DNA of 64,000 nucleotides, from NCBI GenBank assembly GCA_003151425.1, contig PLXO01000061.1, forward strand, positions 3,748 through 67,747, read 5' to 3'. This document shows positions 47,948-56,800 of this stretch, one piece after another; the first letter of the stretch is position 1; each line of letters opens with the position of its first letter. The DNA comes from Acetobacteraceae bacterium. Lineage in GTDB: Bacteria > Pseudomonadota > Alphaproteobacteria > Acetobacterales > Acetobacteraceae. The notes beneath the pieces were generated by a model. It ran no database searches. It was not told where the DNA came from and saw nothing but the letters and a program-made list of their open reading frames with translations. Both the position numbers and the translations under genes were made by a program.

Positions 47948-48200
47948 GTCGAGATTCCTCCCTCCGGATGACCGGCGCGCCGGACGGTTCGGAATGTTAC
48001 TCCGGGACAAGGCTAGATCGATACGGGGGTGGTCAAAATGCACGTGATCCAGCTTCCTTTGGCGGAGATCGTATCTGAAGTGGCGCAGGTTCATGCGGGG
48101 GCGAGCTAGGCAAGGGCGCCACGGCGACTCCTTTCGGCCTCGACATTGCGCCATTGTTACGCTTTGCTATCGCCAACGACGGTGAAGGCGGGGAGCCGGG

Positions 48201-50309
48201 ATGGCCGACTTGGCGCGAGGCGCGGAGGTCGAACCGGATGGGGGTCCCCGCGCGGCCCACGACGCCGTTGCGCCATTGCCGACGGCCAAGGAGCCGCCGG
48301 CGTTGGCGGCCAAGGCGGACGACCTGGACTCCCTGCGCGCCGCCGTCATCGATGCCGCGGCGGTCGGTGGCGGCTTGTGGCTGAGCTACCTGTTCGTCCT
48401 GTTCTATCTGTTGGTCGCCGCCGGCGCGGTGACACCTATCGATCTGTTTCTGGAAAACCCGGTCAAGCTGCCGTTCCTGAACATAGACCTTCCCCTGAAG
48501 GGCTTCTTCTGGCTCGGTCCCGCCCTGTTCCTGATCGTGCACGCGTATGTGCTGCTGCATTTCGTCATGTTGGCCGGCAAGATCGTCGTGTTCGACCGCG
48601 CGCTGCGGGCACAGATCGACGATCGGGAGGTTCGCACGAAACTGCGCCGACAATTGCCCAGTAACATCTTCGTCCAGTTCCTGGCCGGTCCGACCGAGAT
48701 ACGCGACGGTGTTATGGGCATCTCCCTATGGATAATTGCACTGATCACCCTGGTGATCGGTCCTGTCCTGTTGCTCGTTTTCTTCGATTTGCAGTTCCTT
48801 CCTTACCACAACGAGGCGATCACCTGGTGGCAGCGCATTGCGGTCGGGATCGACCTAGTGTTGCTCTGGTTGTTTTGGCCGTCCATCGCGCTTCGAAATA
48901 TGGACGCTGGCGAATCAGACCACTCTCACTTTCGTGTAGTGCTTGCGATTCAACGCCTCTGCACGATCGGCATCATGCTGATCCTCACCCTTGGTTCTCC
49001 GCCCCTTCTCCTGCTGATCGCGACGTTCCCGGGGGAGGGGCTGGAGCAGGCACTGCGGACCTTGGGCACGATTCCGTTCCGGGCATGGCTGGTGGAAGGG
49101 GCGGTCAATCCGGCGACCCGTCGGCCTGAAAGCCTTTTCTCCAATCGTCTGGTGGTGCCGGGATTCGACAGGATTGATCAATCGAAGCTGGAATCAGAGT
49201 CGAAGATCAACGCCCTGCTCGGAACCAGCTTCTCGCTCCGTAGCCGCCATCTGGAAGGCGCGGTGCTGACCGATGCGAAATTGCGCAAGGCCGACCTCTC
49301 CGGTGCATTCCTGCGGGGCGCGTTTCTGGACCGTGCCGACCTGAGAGAGGCCAATCTTGGGTGCGCATCGTATCTCATGAACGACCCAAAGACCGGGAAG
49401 GGTGAACGCAACCCAATTTGCACTCAGCTCCAAGGTGCCTCGCTCTACCGTGCCCAACTACAAGGTGCGTCGCTCGACGGCGCCCAACTCCAAGGCGCTG
49501 TGCTTGCCTGGGCCGAACTCCAAGGTGCTTCACTTGACGGCGCAGCGGCCCAAGGCACGTGGCTCTTCAACGCCAAACTTCAAGGCGCCTCGCTTAATCA
49601 CGCCCAGTTTCAAGGCGCTGATCTCGCCAGCGCCGAGCTCCAAGGCGCTTCGCTTGATGACGTCGAATTCCAAGGAGCTGACCTCGACAGCGCCTACCTC
49701 CAAGGTGCTTCGCTCGACCGCGCTCAGCTCCAGGGAGCCTCAATGCGTTGGGCCTTTGTTTGGCGCGTAACCGTGACATCGGCTGACCTGGCTAGAACAC
49801 GAGTCGAGGATGTTACTCCTGATCGCAAGGAGTGGTGTGACGATCTCAGCAAGTACTTCCACTGCGACTGGACCACCGAAACATTCCTGCGCGTCAGGGA
49901 GGCTGCCACGCGCGTGATCCCGGAAGGTCCGATGCGCGATCTGGCGCTGGCGCGGATTGACAAATCCTTGAACCCAAGTGTTTCCGTGCCTGGCGAGGCG
50001 GACATGGCAGGCCGCTGGCAAGAACCGGCGTCTCAATTCTCGCAAGCCACGTTTGAAGCGGCAGTTGCCAAAACGTGGGTGGAAATCGGCTGCGCCCCAG
50101 ACGGCGCACCATATGTAATGCAAGCCCTCATCCGGACCCTTCAACCCAGCGTTAGGTCTCCCTTTGCTCAGGGTAGTAGCCATCCATCGGAGCTTGCCTC
50201 CGCCTTCCTGGCCGAAACCTGCGAAGGGCGCAGAGGGCTGTCGCCGGATGATATGGACACCCTGAGACATCTCCGCGCCCCCATCCCGTCCACCTCCAAG
50301 TCACCATGA
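48201..50309 (+). CDS. Membrane-anchored pentapeptide-repeat protein
   Basis: About six N-terminal TM helices, then about 40 pentapeptide repeats (AQLQGASLDGAQLQGAVL...), then a non-repetitive ~190 aa C-terminal domain. Confidence 0.75.
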   Translation: MADLARGAEVEPDGGPRAAHDAVAPLPTAKEPPALAAKADDLDSLRAAVIDAAAVGGGLWLSYLFVLFYLLVAAGAVTPIDLFLENPVKLPFLNIDLPLKGFFWLGPALFLIVHAYVLLHFVMLAGKIVVFDRALRAQIDDREVRTKLRRQLPSNIFVQFLAGPTEIRDGVMGISLWIIALITLVIGPVLLLVFFDLQFLPYHNEAITWWQRIAVGIDLVLLWLFWPSIALRNMDAGESDHSHFRVVLAIQRLCTIGIMLILTLGSPPLLLLIATFPGEGLEQALRTLGTIPFRAWLVEGAVNPATRRPESLFSNRLVVPGFDRIDQSKLESESKINALLGTSFSLRSRHLEGAVLTDAKLRKADLSGAFLRGAFLDRADLREANLGCASYLMNDPKTGKGERNPICTQLQGASLYRAQLQGASLDGAQLQGAVLAWAELQGASLDGAAAQGTWLFNAKLQGASLNHAQFQGADLASAELQGASLDDVEFQGADLDSAYLQGASLDRAQLQGASMRWAFVWRVTVTSADLARTRVEDVTPDRKEWCDDLSKYFHCDWTTETFLRVREAATRVIPEGPMRDLALARIDKSLNPSVSVPGEADMAGRWQEPASQFSQATFEAAVAKTWVEIGCAPDGAPYVMQALIRTLQPSVRSPFAQGSSHPSELASAFLAETCEGRRGLSPDDMDTLRHLRAPIPSTSKSP

Positions 50310-50373
50310 TTTGGTAAGCGACAACCCTTGACCCTACCCGCCGCTCCCCACCGGTTCGTTGGAGGAACCGCCG

Positions 50374-50442
50374 ATGACCGATCTCGCCACGTTCCGCTCG
50401 GAAACCCGTGCCTGGCTGGAAGCCAACTGCCCGCCCGCGTAG
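50374..50442 (+). pseudogene. Acyl-CoA dehydrogenase 5' stub (22 codons)
   Basis: GGAGGA Shine-Dalgarno sequence, then MTDLATFRSETRAWLEANCPPA followed by TAG. This N-terminus is typical of long ACADs. Confidence 0.5.
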
Positions 50443-50511
50443 ACAAGGGGGTGAGTGGATAGGGCCTGAGCAGACAGGGCCGGCTTGAATAGACAGGGAA
50501 GGACAGAGGTC

Positions 50512-50790
50512 ATGGGCGTGGTCAAGGTGCTCGCGGTGCTGATGGGGGTGCTGATCATCATCGGCAGCACCGTGGTGGTTGTTACCATCATCAAGCGGTC
50601 CACCGATGAGCCGAGCGGCGCCAGCGTCGCGGTGGTGTTGGACGAACCGGCGGGAACGCGGATCGGCGGCATTGCCGCCATTTCGGGCCGGCTCGCTGTC
50701 CTGCTACAGGGCGGGGCTGGACCCGATCGGATCGTGCTGGTCGATCCACGCACCGGTACCGAGGCCGGCACGATCGCGCTGGCGCGCTGA
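50512..50790 (+). CDS. Small single-pass membrane protein
   Basis: ATG 50512 preceded by GGAAGGA. N-terminal TM helix VLAVLMGVLIIIGSTVVVV. Confidence 0.5.
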   Translation: MGVVKVLAVLMGVLIIIGSTVVVVTIIKRSTDEPSGASVAVVLDEPAGTRIGGIAAISGRLAVLLQGGAGPDRIVLVDPRTGTEAGTIALAR

Positions 50791-50865
50791 GCCGGTCGGG
50801 CGCCGGATCCTGTTGCAGACCCACAAACGGCATTTACGCCCGCTGCAAAGACAACGGAGACATGC

Positions 50866-51309
50866 ATGTCCTCCACGCTTTCCCAGCCAAAAGCGCCCTC
50901 CTGGCTCAGCGAGTTCCGCGGCTTCATCATGCGCGGCAGCGTCGTCGATCTCGCGGTCGGCATCATCATCGGCGCCGCCTTCACCGGCGTGGTCAACAGC
51001 CTGGTGAAGGACATCTTCAATCCGTTGTTGGGCCTGCTGATCGGCGGCATCGACTTCACCAACATGTTCGTCGCGCTGAACGGCCAGCACTACGCCACGC
51101 TGGAGGCCGCGAAACAGGCCGGCGCGCCGACGCTGAATTTCGGACTGTTCATCAACGCCATCATTCAGTTCCTGATCGTCGGCTTCGCGATATTCTGGAC
51201 CATCAAGGCCCTGATGAAAATGCGGCTGCACCAGCAGGCTGCCGCGGGGCCGAAATCCGAGGACCTGCTGATCGAGATTCGTGACCTCCTGAAGGCGAAA
51301 GCCGAATGA
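50866..51309 (+). CDS. mscL: Large-conductance mechanosensitive channel
   Basis: FRGFIMRGSVVDLAVGIIIGAAF signature. Confidence 0.92.
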   Translation: MSSTLSQPKAPSWLSEFRGFIMRGSVVDLAVGIIIGAAFTGVVNSLVKDIFNPLLGLLIGGIDFTNMFVALNGQHYATLEAAKQAGAPTLNFGLFINAIIQFLIVGFAIFWTIKALMKMRLHQQAAAGPKSEDLLIEIRDLLKAKAE

Positions 51310-51383
51310 CGGACCCAGCCGCAAGGCGGCGGCCAGGCGCGGCCTACGAATCCGGCATTGCCGAGGGGACCACGGGCCTCGCG

Positions 51384-51554
51384 GTTACCCATGCGGCCAT
51401 GTTCGATCCGCAAGCGTTGTCCACCCCTGACGACTTCGATTCGACCCGGGGGCTGGACAATCAATTTCACTTCGGGTTCGATCTGCATGAATGCCTTGGC
51501 TGCGCCATCGCGCAGGCGATGATCCCGGCATTCGTCCAGCAAAGCTTGCGACTG
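51384..51554 (+). pseudogene. Cytochrome P450 C-terminal remnant
   Basis: FHFGFDLHECLG resembles the haem-thiolate loop FGxGxHxCxG. Only about 60 aa of a ~400 aa fold are present. Confidence 0.45.
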
Positions 51555-51797
51555 AACGGACTGAGCGCGGGCCGATCGATTGCAAGGATGGGCCGGCGCC
51601 GGAATCCTGGCGATGGCGCCTAGACCTGAACGGGTCCGCGGTCATTGTTCCGCCAACAGGATGGTGCGCGGACTGGCTCGACGAGATGCGCGACCGACCG
51701 GCGGAAGCATTGCCTCATGCAACGCTTCCGCCGGTCGGTATCGCGCGATGGCCGTTGGCATGAGCCGGTGTAGCAACTGACAGGAAAGTAGCAAAAA

Positions 51798-53639
51798 ATG
51801 GTCTGGCTTGGATTTACGGCTGATCAGGTTGCGCGAGCCTCGGCCTGCGCGCTCGCGGTGTCGATGCTTGCATCGGTCGCCGGAGAAGGCAGGGCACAGC
51901 CTCCGCCGGCCGGAACCGCCGCACCGGTGGTGAGCTATGCCTCCCAAGGTTGGTCGGCCGCCGACCGCGACACGTTCTATACCACCAGCCAGGGCTCTCA
52001 CATGATGCCCTATGCCTGGTTCAAGGCGTTGCGCCGCCTGGACGTCGACGCGCCGTTCGCCGCCGACCAACTGCAGCGCTACGGCTATCTCCGCAACGAC
52101 GGCCGGGGCAATCCCGGAGGTTTGCCGGTCGGCTTTGTCGTCGACGGCAACGCGCCATCCAGCCAGGTTGGCATGACCTGCGCCGCGTGCCACACGGGGC
52201 AGCTCGAATACCAGAAGGATGGCGTGACACACGCACTGCGTCTCGACGGCGCGCCGGCGAGCGCCGACTTTCAACAGTTCCTCACCGATCTCACCGCGGC
52301 ATCGCGCGTGACGTTGGCAGAGCCGGACCGTTTTGCTGCCTTCGCCAAAGCAGTGCTCGGCGCGGGCTCTACGCCAGCCAAGGTCGCCCAGCTCAAAATC
52401 GACTTCGGGGCCTGGGTCAAGCAGTTCGGCGATTTCATGGATGCGAGCCTGCCCACGCTGCCTTGGGGCCCGGGGCGCCTCGATGCGTTCGGCATGATTT
52501 TCAATCGGGTCGCCGCGCGCGATCTTGGGGTGAGCGATAATTTCAAGCTCGCTGATGCGCCGGTCAGCTATCCGTTCCTGTGGAACGCACCGCGACAGGA
52601 TCACACGCAGTGGAACGGTGGCGTAGCCAATGGTCTCTATATCCAGGGGATTGCGCGCAACACCGGCGAGGTGTTCGGCGTCTTTGCCGATTTTGCTCCC
52701 AGGATACTGGTCCCGGGTACGGTGCACACACCCACCGTGATCCGCTACAAGGCCAATTCGGCGGATTTCGCAGGGTTGCAGACGCTCGAGGAGAAAATCG
52801 CGACGCTCACGCCGCCGCCATGGCCGCGCGACATCTTTGGACTCGACGACCAGTTGGCGGCAAAAGGCAAGGTGCTGTTCGACGCCAATTGTGGCGCGTG
52901 CCACGCGGAAAAGACGTCGCCCAACCTCGTCCATGCGTGGATGACGCCCGTCAAGGCGGTGGGCACCGACCCGAAAATGGCGCTCAACGCCGAGCGCGTG
53001 TCCGATCCCGGGCTGTACAACGGCGCGCTGCTGCCGCCGCCGGCGATTGGCGCCAGGTTCAAGAGTCCAGCGCAGACCAGCGACATTCTGGCCGATTCAG
53101 TCGTGGGAAGCTTGCTCGACGAGGCGTTCATTCCACCGGTGATCACGCCGGCCAGGCTCGCGCAAAGCGGCGTGTGGCGCGCGATCCGCAAGGACTTGTC
53201 GGATCTTCTGCCAAACGAAAAACTCGACGACTTGTTTGGACTGAGGCTTGACGCCACGGCGGATCTCCGGGCGCTCATCAAGGCGCGCCTCGGCAACCTG
53301 TTTCACAAACCGGCAACCGCCGATGCCGGCGCGGCCTACGAATCGCGCGTGCTGCACGGCATCTGGGCGACCGCGCCCTACCTGCACAACGGATCGGTCC
53401 CGAACCTTTGGGAACTGCTGACGCCGGCGAAACAGCGCCAGTCCAGTTTCATGGTCGGCAGCCGCCTGTTCGATCCGAAGAATGTCGGCTACGTGACCGA
53501 CCAATCGCCGCTCACGAATGGAACATTTGTGACTGACCCCAAGAATGCAAATGGCAACGGCAATGGTGGGCACGAATACGGCACCGATCTCGCAGAGGGC
53601 GACCGTTGGGCGATCATAGAGTACCTGAAGACGCTTTAG
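51798..53639 (+). CDS. Di-haem cytochrome c family protein (peroxidase/RoxA-like)
   Basis: Two CxxCH motifs (CAACH, CGACH), a signal-like N-terminus and a C-terminal GHEYG...IIEYLKTL. Confidence 0.7.
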   Translation: MVWLGFTADQVARASACALAVSMLASVAGEGRAQPPPAGTAAPVVSYASQGWSAADRDTFYTTSQGSHMMPYAWFKALRRLDVDAPFAADQLQRYGYLRNDGRGNPGGLPVGFVVDGNAPSSQVGMTCAACHTGQLEYQKDGVTHALRLDGAPASADFQQFLTDLTAASRVTLAEPDRFAAFAKAVLGAGSTPAKVAQLKIDFGAWVKQFGDFMDASLPTLPWGPGRLDAFGMIFNRVAARDLGVSDNFKLADAPVSYPFLWNAPRQDHTQWNGGVANGLYIQGIARNTGEVFGVFADFAPRILVPGTVHTPTVIRYKANSADFAGLQTLEEKIATLTPPPWPRDIFGLDDQLAAKGKVLFDANCGACHAEKTSPNLVHAWMTPVKAVGTDPKMALNAERVSDPGLYNGALLPPPAIGARFKSPAQTSDILADSVVGSLLDEAFIPPVITPARLAQSGVWRAIRKDLSDLLPNEKLDDLFGLRLDATADLRALIKARLGNLFHKPATADAGAAYESRVLHGIWATAPYLHNGSVPNLWELLTPAKQRQSSFMVGSRLFDPKNVGYVTDQSPLTNGTFVTDPKNANGNGNGGHEYGTDLAEGDRWAIIEYLKTL

Positions 53640-53809
53640 TGCTCCGATCCCAATGGTCGCCAGCTACCGCGAATCTCAACCATGGCGACTCCCAGCCATG
53701 GCGAACCACGGACCAGGGACACCGCCGACGCGAATGTGACCACCGCCCCATCGTCTCCAACCCGAAACCAGGCGTAGTCTGGCCGCCGGATCGGGAGGAA
53801 CGCTGGACG

Positions 53810-56800
53810 ATGCGACGACTTTCGCTGGCGATCGTCGCGTTGCTGGCCCTGGCCTGCGGCGTGGCCTGGGCGGACGACTTCTCGCTGCCCGGTCTGGCGG
53901 CCGACAGCGACGCCTATGCCGCGCTGCTCACCAAGCGCTTCCCCGCCGGCGGTACGCCCCAGGCGCGCCGCCAGGCCGAGGCGCAGGCCGACGCCGCAAC
54001 CCGCAAGAACGACTGGGCCGCCGTGGCCGCGGCCCTGGAAACCCGCGTCGCACTGGGCGAGGCCGACGCTGCGATCTGGATGGCGCTCGCCCAGGCGCAG
54101 ATGCGCCGCACGCCGCCCGAGGCCAACCGCGTCCTGCAGGCGGCATGGCAGAACTTCAGCCAGGCCAGTGCCGGTCCTGACGAGATCCCCCCACTGTTGC
54201 TGATGGCGGATGCGCTGGGCGTGCTCAACCGGCCGGCCCAGGCCATCCAGGCGCTCCAGGCCGCAGCCCAGCGCGCACCGGACGATGCGAAACTGCGTCA
54301 GCGCTTGGCCGAAACGCGCCGCGCTGTTGGCGTGCTGGTAAGCCGCGTCCGGGCCGAACCCGAGGCGGACCCGCCGCGCGCCTGCATCGGCTTCACCACC
54401 CCGCCGACCCGCCGCGACGATTTCCACCCGGACGACTGGGTGCGGCTCGAGCCGGCGGTGCCGGGCGCCGCGGTCACGCGGGAGGGCGACGAGATCTGCG
54501 TCTCCGGCCTGCCCTCCGGTGCCACCACCCACGTCGTGCTGCGCGCCGGCCTGCCGGGCGAGGACGACCTTAGCCTGGTGAAGCAGACGGCGTTCAACGT
54601 CGCCATCGCCAACCGCCGCCCGCGTATCGACTTCGACACCCGCATGTTCGTGCTGCCGCGTGGCCAAGCGCCGACGATCAGCCTGAGCACGGTCAACCTG
54701 TCCGCGGTGAAGCTGACGCTGGCGCGCCTGACCGAGCGCAACATCGTCGCCTTCGTGCGCGAGAACCGGCTCGGCCAGCCGGTCGAGACGTACAGCGCTA
54801 ACAATATCGGCGAGCAGACCGGCCGTGTCGTCTGGCAGGGCAGCGCCGCGGTCCCGACCTGGGAGCCGAACAAAGCCGCGCGCACCGCGCTGCCCCTGCC
54901 CGAGGCACTGGCCGCGTCCGGGCCCGGCCTCTACGCCCTGACCGCGCAGGCTGGCGACGGGACGCCCAATGCGAGCGGCGCGGTACAGATGATCTTGCGT
55001 ACCGATCTCGCCCCCACGGTTTGGCGCGGCGCCGACGGGCTGACCGTGCAGGTGCGCGGCTTCTCCGACGCCATGCCGCGTGCCGGCGTCCGGCTGCGCC
55101 TGATCGCGGCGAACAACGACATCCTGGCCGAGGCCGCCACCGACGCCGACGGCATCGCCCGCTTCGCCGCGCCGCTGCTGCACGGCGAGGGGCCGGTGGC
55201 GCCGCGCGCGATCCACGCGTTCGGCGCGGACGACGATTTCACCATGCTCGATCTCGACGCCGCCGCGTTCAACCTGGCCGATCGCGGCGTGGCGGGCATG
55301 CCGGATCCCGGGCCGCTCGATGCGTTCGTCTGGCTCGATCGCGGCATCTATCGCCCGGGCGAGACGGTGCAGGCGATGGCGTTGCTGCGCGACGATGCCG
55401 GCAAGCCGGCCGACCTGCCGGCTCATGTCACGATCCGCCGGCCCAACGGCCAGATATTCCAGGAGATCACGCCCGCGCGCGGTCCGGATGGCTCGATCTA
55501 TGTGCCGGTGAAGCTCTCCGCCGGCGCGCCGGTCGGCACTTGGCTCGTAGAGGTGCGGGCCGATCCCGCGGCGCCGCCGATCGGACGCGCGGACTTCCGC
55601 GTCGACGCCTTCGTGCCCGATCGCATGGCGGTCGAGCTCGGCCCCGTGTCCGTTGCATCCGTGTCGGGTTCACCCGCTTCTGGGCCGGTCGTCCCCGGCC
55701 CATCCACGTCGGCGCCAGCTGGCTCGGGCCCGTCCACGTCCGGCCCATCCGGGTCGGGCTCGCCCGCGTCCGGCGCATCCGCATCGGGCCTATCCGCATC
55801 CGGCGCATCCGCATCAGGCCCCTCCGCAAGTGGCCCATCCGCGTCCGGGCCGCCCGCACTCGCCCAAATCGCGCCCGGCCGCTCCTACACCCTGCCGGTC
55901 ACCGCGCGCTTTCTCTACGGCGCGCCCGGTGCCGGACTGACCGGCAAGGCGACGCTCCGCCTGGTGCAGGACGACGCGCCGTTCCCGGTGCTCGACGGCT
56001 ACCGGATCGGGCTGGAGAACGAGACCTACGCACCCGACTCCAAGGACACCGACCTGCCGGAGACCAACGCGCAAGGCCGCACCGCCTACACGATCTCGAT
56101 CCTCCACGCGCCCGACACCTCCTTCGGGTTGAAAGCCGCGATCGAGGTCGTAATCAACGACCCCTCGGGCCACGGTTCGCGCGCACAGACCGAGATCAAG
56201 CTGCGCCCGGCCGGACGGCTGATCGGCATCAAGCCGCTGTTCAAGGGCCGCGCCGTGGACGTCGGGACCGAGGCGGGCTTCGACATCGCGGCGGTCGATC
56301 CGGACGGCAAGCGCGTGGCGATGGCGGCGAAGCTGCGGCTGGTGCGGGAGCGGCCGGACTGGCGGATGGTGATGCGCGGCAATCTGGCGCGCTACGAGAC
56401 GGTCTGGCGCGACGAGCCGCTCAGCACACGCGACGTGCAGATCCCGGCCGACGCACCGCTGCACATCGCCCAAAAACTCGACTTCGGCCGCTACCGCATT
56501 GAAGTTCTTGAATCGGGTGGCCTGGCAGGGACCTCGATGCGGTTCCGTGCCGGGTGGGTGTCCTCGGACAGTCCGGACGTGCCGGACCAGGTGGACGTCT
56601 CCGCCGACCGCGCGATCTACCCACCCAACGGCACCGCGCGCATCCATATCACGCCGCCTTTCGCCGGCCACGCGACGGTACTGGCGCTGACCGATCGCGT
56701 CCGGGTGCTGCGGACCCTGGCGGTGCCCGAGGGCGGCGTCGATGTGGACATCCCGGCCTCGCCCGATTGGGGTCCCGGCGCCTACGTGACCGTGCATCTG

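Noticed and set aside
35678-50442. The two acyl-CoA dehydrogenase fragments as the two halves of one gene split by a 14-kb island.
   Set aside because: The order on the plus strand is 3' fragment first, then 5' fragment, the opposite of what an insertion produces. The interval also contains core genes (rpoH, rluD-like).
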